Assembly (NCBI GenBank): GCA_964557855.1
Contig: CAZLBP010000014.1
Location: 13,653 to 77,652, forward strand
Reading direction: 5' to 3'
DNA length: 64,000 nt
DNA from: an uncultured Ignavibacteriales bacterium
Lineage (GTDB): Bacteria > Zixibacteria > MSB-5A5 > GN15 > FEB-12
Shown: piece after piece, positions 28,969 through 37,839 of the stretch
How positions within the stretch are numbered: the stretch's first letter is position 1
Layout of the letters: every line of letters begins with the position of its first letter
Notes under the pieces: generated by a model
The model's database searches: none
Seen by the model: the letters and a program-made list of their open reading frames with translations, nothing else
What the model was told of the DNA's origin: nothing
Made by a program: the position numbers and the translations under genes

Positions 28969-30939
28969 ATGTTCAGAATTCCGATCAAAGAAATCAATGC
29001 CGAGTATCCGGCCGAGACGAAGTTCCTGAAGAGCATTCAGCGCACCGTCCGGGAGAGCTGCCTGGCGGCCGGGCTGCCGGACCGCGAGACGGCGGCTGTG
29101 CTCCTGGCTATAGAAGAGGGCGCCAGCAATATCATCAGGCACGCGTACCTGTACGAAAAAGGAGTGATCCGACTACGAATCGTGATCTACAAAAAGCAGA
29201 TCGTGTTTTCTCTGATAGATTTCGGTCGTCCCTTTCAACCGAGCGGCAACGGCCGGATCGATTTGAAGCAACTGGTGGAGTCGAAACGCAAGGGCGGTCT
29301 GGGTTTCTACATGATCCGCAAGATCATGGATTCCGTCGAAGTCATCATGTCCGGCGGCTACAACGAACTAAGGATGATCAAGCGCATCCGTCCGGCTGCG
29401 GCCGGGACTATCCCATTTCTTTCGCGTATGTTCTCTCTCCGGGTCCGCTTTTCGGTATGGACTTTTCTCATCGTGTTCATCATTGTGGGCGGCTCCTACT
29501 ACTACATCGATCGCCAGACATCGCAACAACTCTACGCTCACCTCCACGATACCGTTACGTCTTTGACAAATACGATAGCCGAGCAAGCGTCCGGCTATAT
29601 CCTGAATCGGCGTTCGGATGCCGAATTCGACGAACTGGTTGTCAGCTACGTCCGATCCAACGAGGAGTTCCTGCGGCAAGTTGTGCTGACCGACCGCGAG
29701 GGGAGCATACTGGCACACTCCGATGATATACGAAATATCCGACGTCAGTATCGTCCGCCGCCGACTGTCAACGATTCGGCCTTCGGCGCGGCCCAGAGCT
29801 ACCGTCTGGAGGGGAGGAAACTGTTCTACCTGGTCGTCCCCATACGAACGGGTAGTGATCGCGTCGGTAGAGTGCACGTTTCCTACAGCGCCGGTAACAT
29901 CCAGGGTGATCTGGCGGGCGCCCGACAGAAAACGGCTCTGCTGACGGCGATATTACTGCTGTTCGGAATCGCCGGCGTGTTTCTGCTCTCGAGCTATTTC
30001 GTGGGACCGATCGTGAAGATAACGCAGCGCGTCCGCAAGTTCGCTTCAGGCGATCTCGCTTCGGAACTTCCGCTGGAGGGGGCCGAGGAGTTCTTTGAGA
30101 TTTCCCGCGCCTTCAACCAACTGACAACGCGCGTCAATCAGGATCAGGAACACGTGGCGGAGCGGGAACGTATGCTCAAGGAGATTGAGGTGGCTTCGCA
30201 TATTCAGAAGACGTTGCTGCCACGGCAGTTTCCGAAGGTTCCCGGGCTGGAGATCGAGGCCTTCTACCGCGCCGCCTCGACCGTCAGCGGTGATCTGTAT
30301 GACATCTTCCAGGTCGATCCGACCCACTACTGTCTGACCGTGGCCGACGTTTCGGGAAAAGGGGTACCGGCGTCATTAGTCATGTCCATGTTGCGCACGG
30401 TCATACAGATTCAAGCGCCTCGAGCTTCCTCGGCGCGAGACATCCTGATCAGCGTCTACGATTATCTCAAAGGCAATATACCGGGCGGCATGTTCATTAC
30501 CGTTATGCTGGCCCTGTATGAAACCACCGAACAGCGGTTGAACTTTGTCTCTGCCGGGCACAATCCCATGGTCTATTACAGCTTCGAAAGAGATACTCTG
30601 GAGAAGCTGAATCCCACCGGGATGCCGATGGGACTGCCGACCGCGGTCGATACGACGTTCGAACAACGGTTGCAGGAGAAGTCGATCATGCTCGGGGACG
30701 GCGACCTCTTCCTGATGTTCACCGACGGTATCACCGAGGCCGGCAATCGGGAAGGGGAGCACTATGGAATGGATCGGTTTATCCGCTTTGTCCAAAGCCA
30801 GGTCACCGACGGAATCGGAGTATCGTCGGCTGCGATTTCTGAACGACTGGTCAACGATCTGGACGGTTTTGCCGGTCAAACCGGCATTGCCGATGACATC
30901 ACGTTTATCGTGGCGCGGGTCAGGAAACCGACGAATTAG
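28969..30939 (+). CDS. Membrane fusion protein: RsbW/SpoIIAB-like HATPase domain, 2 TM helices around a sensor loop, HAMP, then a PP2C (SpoIIE-type) phosphatase
   Basis: N box AIEEGASNIIRHAY, G boxes LIDFGRPF and GGLGFYMI. Two hydrophobic helices flank about 140 aa. HAMP segment PIVKITQRVRKFASGDLASEL. PP2C motifs SGDLYDIF, DVSGKGVPAS, FTDGITEA and DDITFIV. Confidence 0.75.
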   Translation: MFRIPIKEINAEYPAETKFLKSIQRTVRESCLAAGLPDRETAAVLLAIEEGASNIIRHAYLYEKGVIRLRIVIYKKQIVFSLIDFGRPFQPSGNGRIDLKQLVESKRKGGLGFYMIRKIMDSVEVIMSGGYNELRMIKRIRPAAAGTIPFLSRMFSLRVRFSVWTFLIVFIIVGGSYYYIDRQTSQQLYAHLHDTVTSLTNTIAEQASGYILNRRSDAEFDELVVSYVRSNEEFLRQVVLTDREGSILAHSDDIRNIRRQYRPPPTVNDSAFGAAQSYRLEGRKLFYLVVPIRTGSDRVGRVHVSYSAGNIQGDLAGARQKTALLTAILLLFGIAGVFLLSSYFVGPIVKITQRVRKFASGDLASELPLEGAEEFFEISRAFNQLTTRVNQDQEHVAERERMLKEIEVASHIQKTLLPRQFPKVPGLEIEAFYRAASTVSGDLYDIFQVDPTHYCLTVADVSGKGVPASLVMSMLRTVIQIQAPRASSARDILISVYDYLKGNIPGGMFITVMLALYETTEQRLNFVSAGHNPMVYYSFERDTLEKLNPTGMPMGLPTAVDTTFEQRLQEKSIMLGDGDLFLMFTDGITEAGNREGEHYGMDRFIRFVQSQVTDGIGVSSAAISERLVNDLDGFAGQTGIADDITFIVARVRKPTN

Positions 30940-31033
30940 CTTCCTCGTTCTACGGGCATTATTTAGTTGATTCAATGTTAACAGTCAGCTATTGTAGCCA
31001 CAGGACGGAACCGGGAAAGGAAGGAGCTTTGAG

Positions 31034-31318
31034 ATGGCACTGTACATTATGGCGATGACCATCAACCCGAATGCAAAAAAGGAGCACGAGGACGTATCTC
31101 ACCAAATCGATGAATCTCTGAAAGTGTTTTCGACCAGAAAGGTGAAGGTGCACAACGTATTTGCGACATTGGGAAGATACGATCTGCTGGCGGTATTCGA
31201 TGCCAATGATCAGTCCGTGGCGTTTGCAATCGCATCCGAGATAAACAATTTGGGGGTGCTCGATACCGAAACGTGGCCGGTAATCCCCTACGAGGACTTC
31301 TCCCGGCTTATGAAATAA
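31034..31318 (+). CDS. GYD-domain protein
   Basis: 94 aa; ATLGRYDLLAVFDANDQSVAFAIASEINNLGVLDTETWPV fits the GYD family pattern. Confidence 0.6.
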   Translation: MALYIMAMTINPNAKKEHEDVSHQIDESLKVFSTRKVKVHNVFATLGRYDLLAVFDANDQSVAFAIASEINNLGVLDTETWPVIPYEDFSRLMK

Positions 31319-31368
31319 CGGATCAAGTGAGTCCTGTGACCGGTTATCTTAAGATCCGATTACCGTGC

Positions 31369-33048
31369 TCATTGCTCTGAGTCCAGCCACCACTCCGGGG
31401 ACAGGCGTTGCGTTAACTCGACAATCTCTCGGTCCTGTTCATTCAGTGCTCCTCGTTCAATAAGACCGTCCAACGAGCCATGCAGCAGCGCCATCCTGTC
31501 CCGAATCAGGGCAATCGTAGGGTAGTATTCGTTATTGAAGAAAATCCGGTACCGCAGGCGGGACAGCCCGTCTTCAAGCATCTTACCGATAGCCTGCTCC
31601 AGGTCTTTACCTTGCCGGTCCTGCAATTGCTCTTTGGGTGACTTGAGCTTGTCGACGGACTTCTCCAGGCCGTCTATGCACTCAAAGTTGAAGTGCCAGC
31701 ACTCGGTCAGCCCCAGAGAATTGATGACGAGCGTGCTGACGGTAATGGTGCCTTTGTCCGAGTCGGAGCGGACGCCCTTCATAAACGGCAGATAAATGTT
31801 GTCCGTAATTCCGCCAAAGGCACTGACCCCACCGGCGTACGGATCATTGATGATATCATGGATAGTGAAATACGGTTTCTGTTGGAAGCGGGCGTCTTGA
31901 ATCATCATCAGCTCTTCTTCGGTGTAGTGAAAACGGTTGTTCCAGAGCTCTTCGGGAGACAGGTCCTTTTTCGTCAGGGAAGAATGCGAAGTCAGCATCC
32001 CAATAGCCTGCCCGCCCCGCCAGACCAGGGGCAGGACGCCGACCGCCCACTCGGCGGAGCCGCCTATCTCACCGATCATGGAATTAAGAGCGCGCCCATT
32101 AGGGAAGTTGACTCCCTCGAGCCCGAGAATCAGCGCCGGGAACAGGTCACCGTCGGCGTCATAAGGAACGCTCACCCCCACTTGGTTGAGTATATCCATG
32201 GCCGGGTAGTGTCTTTTGCGGTCGATGAAAAAGGCGGAGAGCTGTTCGAAATTCGAATGACCATAGGAGTCGGCAATGATCTTGGCCGCGTCGGCCAGCG
32301 ACAGCTCCCGGGGGTTAAACTCGTCAAAGTGGGCGCCACTCATCCAGCGCTGGACATAGATATCCGGCAAATGGCGTTTGATCTGGGCTTCGATAAGAAA
32401 CATAGCCGTCAAGCTGGAATGCAGGCCCTTGACGGACTTGGTCGTACCCTCGATGACGTCATTTCCCATGGTGAGCAACGAGACATTGCGGGGCATATCG
32501 GATCCGTACTGCACCCGATGCTCCTTTTTGCCGAACAGGGCGCCGACGGCGATAGTGGGATTACCTCCAACCTCTTTGCCCGGTTTGGCGCGGACACCTT
32601 CGGTCAGAGTCGATTCGATCAGCACCTCCTCGCCGACAGGGAAGGACTTTGTTGTCAGCTGCAGCACTTCGCCCATGACCTGGGCCGCGGTGCGGTCATT
32701 GGCCCGCTTGAGCTCGTTGATGAACGGTTTAGTGGCTTTTTCTTTCGGGACGCCCTGCAGACTACCCCGCCCGTGAATACCGACTGCGACCGCCGAGAGC
32801 GCCGCCGACAGAACGGCTGACTCACGGAGCTTGCGGTTGCGCATGGCGCCGAGATTTGATTTAGGGTTGGTCTTGTCGCTGAGAACATCGATCGATCCAT
32901 CCTTCAGAAGAATGCCGTACATGTCGAACACGGCGGCGTGTCGAAGATTAAACTCGATCACCCGGTCCTTGTCGAACTCGATAATATCTCTCTGGCCGGT
33001 ATAGTTAATGCGCTGGTCCGCTACATCGAATCGTAATGAACTATTCAT
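31369..33048 (-). CDS. Expanded GlpX-like (class II FBPase superfamily) phosphatase, 559 aa
   Basis: Collinear with E. coli GlpX motifs: GRGS, DVIEGTT (cf. DPIEGT), RKRHYP...DADGDL (cf. KPRHD...PDGDV), IGGSAEW (cf. IGGAPEG) and FGGIT (cf. ATGIT). It carries extra N-terminal, internal and C-terminal segments. I moved the start to ATG 33048, which is preceded by GAGGA. Confidence 0.55.
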   Translation of the reverse strand: MNSSLRFDVADQRINYTGQRDIIEFDKDRVIEFNLRHAAVFDMYGILLKDGSIDVLSDKTNPKSNLGAMRNRKLRESAVLSAALSAVAVGIHGRGSLQGVPKEKATKPFINELKRANDRTAAQVMGEVLQLTTKSFPVGEEVLIESTLTEGVRAKPGKEVGGNPTIAVGALFGKKEHRVQYGSDMPRNVSLLTMGNDVIEGTTKSVKGLHSSLTAMFLIEAQIKRHLPDIYVQRWMSGAHFDEFNPRELSLADAAKIIADSYGHSNFEQLSAFFIDRKRHYPAMDILNQVGVSVPYDADGDLFPALILGLEGVNFPNGRALNSMIGEIGGSAEWAVGVLPLVWRGGQAIGMLTSHSSLTKKDLSPEELWNNRFHYTEEELMMIQDARFQQKPYFTIHDIINDPYAGGVSAFGGITDNIYLPFMKGVRSDSDKGTITVSTLVINSLGLTECWHFNFECIDGLEKSVDKLKSPKEQLQDRQGKDLEQAIGKMLEDGLSRLRYRIFFNNEYYPTIALIRDRMALLHGSLDGLIERGALNEQDREIVELTQRLSPEWWLDSEQ

Positions 33049-33070
33049 GCTATGTTCCTCACCTGTTTGA

Positions 33071-33089
33071 ATTTCATTGCTAATGAAAT
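33071..33089. promoter_or_regulatory. 8-3-8 perfect inverted repeat in the 5' region of the GlpX-like gene
   Basis: ATTTCATT-GCT-AATGAAAT lies about 23 nt upstream of the ATG on the minus strand. Confidence 0.3.
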
Positions 33090-33311
33090 ACGGGAAGCGG
33101 AGGAGAATAGCAAGGGAAATAAAACACAAGCAGGGGCCGTCTTCGCCGGACGGTACAATCATTCGACTGCTCTCGGAGAGAAGATCTCGCCAATTATGGA
33201 AGGCAACGGTAGTTCTGAAGCATATGTCATTGTCACGACAGACTATCTACATTTGCTGTTCGCAGTTAACGCCCAAAAACCCCTTGCGGCATACCTGCGT
33301 ATTCGTTATTA

Positions 33312-33327
33312 TGTGAAAAATTTCACC
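33312..33327. promoter_or_regulatory. CRP/FNR-family-like box upstream of the ior operon
   Basis: TGTGA-AAAATT-TCACC compared with the consensus TGTGA-N6-TCACA; about 85 nt upstream of iorA. Confidence 0.3.
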
Positions 33328-33404
33328 AGAGACTCTGGTTCGGGAGAGTCCAACTGAAGTGACACAGGACCGGAAATGCTAATTCTAAATACAATGGTGT
33401 TGAC

Positions 33405-35195
33405 ATGAGAGAGTTGATGTCCGGTAACGAGGCGATCGCGCGCGGTGCGTACGAGGCCGGAGTGAAACTGGCCGCCGCCTATCCGGGGACACCGTCGACC
33501 GAGATTCTGGAGACACTGGCAGCGCGATACCGCACGATATATTCGCAGTGGTCACCGAATGAAAAAGTGGCCTATGAAGTCGGTATCGGAGCCTCGATCG
33601 GGGGCGCCCGTGCGCTGGTAGCGATGAAGCACGTCGGCGTCAATGTCGCCGCCGATCCGTTCATGACCCACGCGTACACGGGTGTGAACGGCGGGTTTGT
33701 GCTGGTTTCGGCCGATGATCCCGAGATGCATTCGTCCCAGAACGAGCAGGACAACAGATACTACGCCAAATTTGCCCAGGTGCCGATGCTGGAACCGTCC
33801 GATTCGCAGGAAGCCAAGGACATGACGGTTACGGCCTTCGAGGTTTCCGAAATCTTCGACACGCCGGTGCTTTTGCGGGTGACGACGCGTATTTCGCATT
33901 CCAAAGGTGTGGTCGAGCTAGGCGAACCAACGGAAGGACCGGACGGCAAGTTCGTAAAGGACCCCGGCAAGTATGTCATGGTACCGTCCAACGCCCGCGG
34001 TCGACATGTAGTCGTGACGGAGCGGCTGGAGAAGTTGAGGAAATTCACCGAGGAGACGCCGCTTAATTACGTTGAGGATAACGGCTCGAATATCGGCATC
34101 ATCTGCGGTGGGATATCGTACCAGTATGCTAAAGAAATCCTGCCTGATCTGGATTATCTCAAGCTGGGATTCAGCTACCCGCTGCCGATGAAGAAGATCG
34201 CCGAATTCGTGAAGAGTCATGACATGGTATTGGTAGTCGAGGAGCTCGAGCCCTTCTATGAAGAGCAAATCAGAGCGGCCGGTATTGAAGTCGAAGGGAA
34301 GAAATACTTCGGCGTTCGTGGTGAGCTGTCTCCGGGGCGGGTGGCGGCCGGTTTCAAAGAGGCGGGTCTGCTCGACGAAGTCCATGCGGCAATGATCCCG
34401 CCCGAGGTCGACATGTTCCCGCGCCCGCCCGTGTTGTGTCCCGGCTGTCCGCATCGGGGCGCTTTCATGGCCCTGAAGAAACTCGGCGTGGCGGTGACCG
34501 GGGATATCGGTTGCTATACACTGGGCGTGATGAAGCCGCTCAATGCACTGGATACTTGCATCTGCATGGGAGCCTCGATCGGTAATGCGATCGGAATGGA
34601 GAAGGTCAAAGGTTCGAAAAAGGGGACGGTGGCCGTGATTGGGGATTCGACGTTTCTCCATTCGGGAGTGACGGGCCTGATGGACGCCGTATACAACAAC
34701 AGCAACGTGACCATAATCATCCTCGATAACCGCGCGACGGCGATGACGGGCGGACAGCAGCATCCCGCGACGGGCAAGACGCTGATGGGTGACGACGCCG
34801 GGGAGGTCGACATTCCGACCCTGTGTAAGGCGATGGGCGTGAAGAACTTTCGTTCCGTAGACCCCTACGATTACGACCAGGTACTCGATGTGATCAAAGA
34901 GGAACTCGATAAACCGGGACCGTCCGTCATTCATACTAACCGTCCCTGCGTGTTGATGCCGAAGCGGATCATGAACGAACCGTACACGGTTGACCTGGAG
35001 CTCTGCAACGCCTGTTCGGCCTGTTTCCGCATTTCCTGTCCGGCCATTGGGGCGGCCAAAGAGACAAACAAACACGGCTACCCTAAGGCGGTCATAGATC
35101 CTACCCTCTGTACCGGCTGTACGTTGTGTGCTCAGATTTGTCCGGTGGAGGCCATTGTCCTGAAAAGCCAGTTCGTAGGAGAGGGGGTGAAATGA
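33405..35195 (+). CDS. iorA: Indolepyruvate:ferredoxin oxidoreductase alpha subunit
   Basis: 596 aa with N-terminus SGNEAIARGAYEAGVKLAAAYPGTPSTEI, the TPP site GDSTFLHSG and C-terminal 4Fe-4S motifs CNACSACF...CTGCTLCAQICP. Confidence 0.9.
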   Translation: MRELMSGNEAIARGAYEAGVKLAAAYPGTPSTEILETLAARYRTIYSQWSPNEKVAYEVGIGASIGGARALVAMKHVGVNVAADPFMTHAYTGVNGGFVLVSADDPEMHSSQNEQDNRYYAKFAQVPMLEPSDSQEAKDMTVTAFEVSEIFDTPVLLRVTTRISHSKGVVELGEPTEGPDGKFVKDPGKYVMVPSNARGRHVVVTERLEKLRKFTEETPLNYVEDNGSNIGIICGGISYQYAKEILPDLDYLKLGFSYPLPMKKIAEFVKSHDMVLVVEELEPFYEEQIRAAGIEVEGKKYFGVRGELSPGRVAAGFKEAGLLDEVHAAMIPPEVDMFPRPPVLCPGCPHRGAFMALKKLGVAVTGDIGCYTLGVMKPLNALDTCICMGASIGNAIGMEKVKGSKKGTVAVIGDSTFLHSGVTGLMDAVYNNSNVTIIILDNRATAMTGGQQHPATGKTLMGDDAGEVDIPTLCKAMGVKNFRSVDPYDYDQVLDVIKEELDKPGPSVIHTNRPCVLMPKRIMNEPYTVDLELCNACSACFRISCPAIGAAKETNKHGYPKAVIDPTLCTGCTLCAQICPVEAIVLKSQFVGEGVK

Positions 35196-35797
35196 TGGAT
35201 CCGAAGAAGCATGACATTTTGATAGTGGGTGTCGGAGGCCAGGGAGTCCTGCTGGCATCGGAATTGATATCCGAAGTTGCCATGGGGGCCGGACTCGATG
35301 TGAAGAAAGCGGAAGTACACGGTATGTCCCAGCGCGGCGGCGTGGTTACCTCCCATGTCAAGATCGCGCCCAAAGTTTACTCACCGACCATCGAGTATGG
35401 CCAGGCAGACGTCCTGATGGCGTTCGAACAAGCAGAAGGCCTGCGGGCGCTGGATTGGATGCGCCAGGATGGGGTGGCTATTGTCTCGACGACCGCGCTG
35501 ATACCGGCCATAGTGACTTCGTCGAAACAATTCGATTATCCCAAGGATCCGGTGAGTCGTATGAAAAAGAAGGCGAGCAACGTGATAGCCGTCGACGCCG
35601 ACAAAATAGCCGGCGAGATCGGTAATCCCCGTGTCGTGAATACGATTCTGCTGGGCGTTTTGTCGAACCACGTACCTTTCGGCGTCGAGTTGTGGCTCGA
35701 TGCTATCAAACGCCGGGTCAAAGAGCGTTTCGTCGACATCAATCTCAAGGCCTTTGATTACGGTCGGCAGATCAGCTTATCGGAAGTCAAAGCATAA
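35192..35797 (+). CDS. iorB: Indolepyruvate:ferredoxin oxidoreductase beta subunit
   Basis: DILIVGVGGQGVLLASE...HGMSQRGGVV; ATGA overlap with iorA. Confidence 0.85.
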   Translation: MMDPKKHDILIVGVGGQGVLLASELISEVAMGAGLDVKKAEVHGMSQRGGVVTSHVKIAPKVYSPTIEYGQADVLMAFEQAEGLRALDWMRQDGVAIVSTTALIPAIVTSSKQFDYPKDPVSRMKKKASNVIAVDADKIAGEIGNPRVVNTILLGVLSNHVPFGVELWLDAIKRRVKERFVDINLKAFDYGRQISLSEVKA

Positions 35798-35806
35798 GGG
35801 GGAGCC

Positions 35807-36874
35807 GTGGCTGAGAAGATGCTGATCATCAACCCGGGCTCAACCTCGACCAAGGTGGCCCTGTTTGACGGCAAGAGCAAAGTCTCGGAGGAAGTTGTTC
35901 GTCACGACCCGGTCGAACTGAGTCACTTCGATAACGTCGCCGATCAGTTCGATTTCCGTATGGTGGCTATAGACCAATGGATCGACTCTCTCGGTCTCCG
36001 GAACGGCGAGCTGAGCGCGGTGGTCGGAAGGGGCGCGCCGTTGAAACCGCTGGAGGGCGGCTCGTACGCCATCAACGATGACTTACTCAAAGCCGTCCGG
36101 ACCATGCAATACTCCAACCATGCGTCCAATCTGGGGCCGATCATTGCGCACCATCTCAGCGAGCGGTTCGAGGTGCCGTCATTGATTGCCGACCCGATTA
36201 CGGTGGACAACTTCACTGACGTGGCGCGCGTGAGCGGGGTACCGGAAATCGAGCGCAAATGCCGGGCGCACGCGCTCAATATCAAAGAAGTCAGCCGCCG
36301 GGAGGCGATCAAGCTGGGTAAAACTCTCGATACCGCCAATTTCGTTACGGCCCACATGGGCGGCGGCATATCCGTCGCCGCGCTGAAAAGGGGGAGGATT
36401 GTCGATGTCAACGACGGATTGCTGGGTATGGGACCGTATTCGCCGGATCGCGCCGGGGCATTACCGATTGGAGGACTGGTGAAGCTCTGTTTCTCCGGCG
36501 AGTTCACCGAAAAGGAACTGATTGACAAGCTGTCCCGGAAATCAGGTCTGATGGGGTATCTCGGAGAAGCGGATTTGCGGAACGTGGACGATATGATCAA
36601 TGGTGGGGATGAGAAAGCGAAGCTGTATTTCGACGCTATGGCCTACCAGATTGCCAAGGAAATCGGTGCGGCGGCAGCCGTGCTGTGCGGCGAAATTGAT
36701 GCCATCATACTCACCGGCGGCATGGCCTACTCCCGGCGATTAGCAGACGAAATCACCAGGCATGTATCGTTTATCTCCGAGCTCCGCGTGGTGCCCGGTG
36801 AATTCGAGATGGAAGCTCTCGCTGCTGCCGGCAGGCGGTACCTGAACGGGGAAGAGGAGCTGAAAGAGTACTAG
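35807..36874 (+). CDS. buk: Butyrate (branched/short-chain acyl) kinase
   Basis: LIINPGSTSTKVALFDG...HASNLG...AHMGGGISV...LTGGMAYS. GTG start after AAGGGGGAG. Confidence 0.9.
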   Translation: MAEKMLIINPGSTSTKVALFDGKSKVSEEVVRHDPVELSHFDNVADQFDFRMVAIDQWIDSLGLRNGELSAVVGRGAPLKPLEGGSYAINDDLLKAVRTMQYSNHASNLGPIIAHHLSERFEVPSLIADPITVDNFTDVARVSGVPEIERKCRAHALNIKEVSRREAIKLGKTLDTANFVTAHMGGGISVAALKRGRIVDVNDGLLGMGPYSPDRAGALPIGGLVKLCFSGEFTEKELIDKLSRKSGLMGYLGEADLRNVDDMINGGDEKAKLYFDAMAYQIAKEIGAAAAVLCGEIDAIILTGGMAYSRRLADEITRHVSFISELRVVPGEFEMEALAAAGRRYLNGEEELKEY

Positions 36875-36877
36875 GAC

Positions 36878-37828
36878 ATGGTAACAACTCCCATACACTC
36901 TTCGGATCAACTCATCGAGCGGGCCGTTGCCATTGCCCGAGAGGGCCGGAAGAAGACCGTAGCGGTAGCGGTGGCTCAGGATGTGGACGTCATCGGCGCC
37001 GTTTCACAGGCACAGGACGACGGCTACGTTAACGGGATACTGGTTGGCGACAAGGCCAAAATCAAGGAACTGGCTGCCGATAATGGTATTTCTATAAAGG
37101 CCCTGGAAGTGGTCGATGAGCCCGATGTGAGTCAGGCGGCTCACCGGGCGGCTCAGCTGGCCTCGGAGAAAGAAGCTGATCTCATAATGAAAGGCTTCTT
37201 ACCGACATCGGCTTTGTTGCGGACGGTACTCGGCAAGCAGTATGGTCTGCGAGGCACGAATACGCTTTCGCACTGTGCCGTACTGGATGTCCCGGGTTAT
37301 CACAAGCTGTTGAATTTTACGGATGGCGGTATGGTAGTGAAACCCGACCGGGAGCAGAAACTCCAAATTCTGGAAAACGCGGTCCTGGTGGCGCGGGCGT
37401 TGCATTTGTCACCGGTCAAAGTTGCCGTTTCGGCGGCGGTGGACAAAATATCCGACAAGATGCCCCATACCCTGACCGACCACGACTTCGTGATCCCCCG
37501 GGCCATGAAGAAGCTGGAGGATATTGTCATACAAGGTCCCTTGACGCTGGATCTGGCCATGTCCGGGGAGGCTGCGGAATACTACGATGCCCGAGGGCTG
37601 GTGATCGGCGACGCCGATATCTTTCTTGTGGATTCAATAGAGGAATGCAATATCATCGTCAAGTCGCTCATTCAGTTCGCGGAGGCAGTGTTTGCCGGCG
37701 TGATTGTCGGCGCCAAGGTCCCGGTTTCGCTCGTGTCTCGGACAGATACGGTTAAGAATAAGAAGGCCTCACTGGCCATCGCCTGCCTGCTGGCGGATTA
37801 CTACTTGCAGAACGAGTTCTGGGACTAG
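36878..37828 (+). CDS. ptb: Phosphate butyryl/acyl-transferase (PTA_PTB family)
   Basis: 316 aa with PTA_PTB-family layout (KKTVAVAVAQD...GILVGD...DLIMKG...SRTD). Confidence 0.8.
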   Translation: MVTTPIHSSDQLIERAVAIAREGRKKTVAVAVAQDVDVIGAVSQAQDDGYVNGILVGDKAKIKELAADNGISIKALEVVDEPDVSQAAHRAAQLASEKEADLIMKGFLPTSALLRTVLGKQYGLRGTNTLSHCAVLDVPGYHKLLNFTDGGMVVKPDREQKLQILENAVLVARALHLSPVKVAVSAAVDKISDKMPHTLTDHDFVIPRAMKKLEDIVIQGPLTLDLAMSGEAAEYYDARGLVIGDADIFLVDSIEECNIIVKSLIQFAEAVFAGVIVGAKVPVSLVSRTDTVKNKKASLAIACLLADYYLQNEFWD

Positions 37829-37839
37829 GGGAGAGCGCA

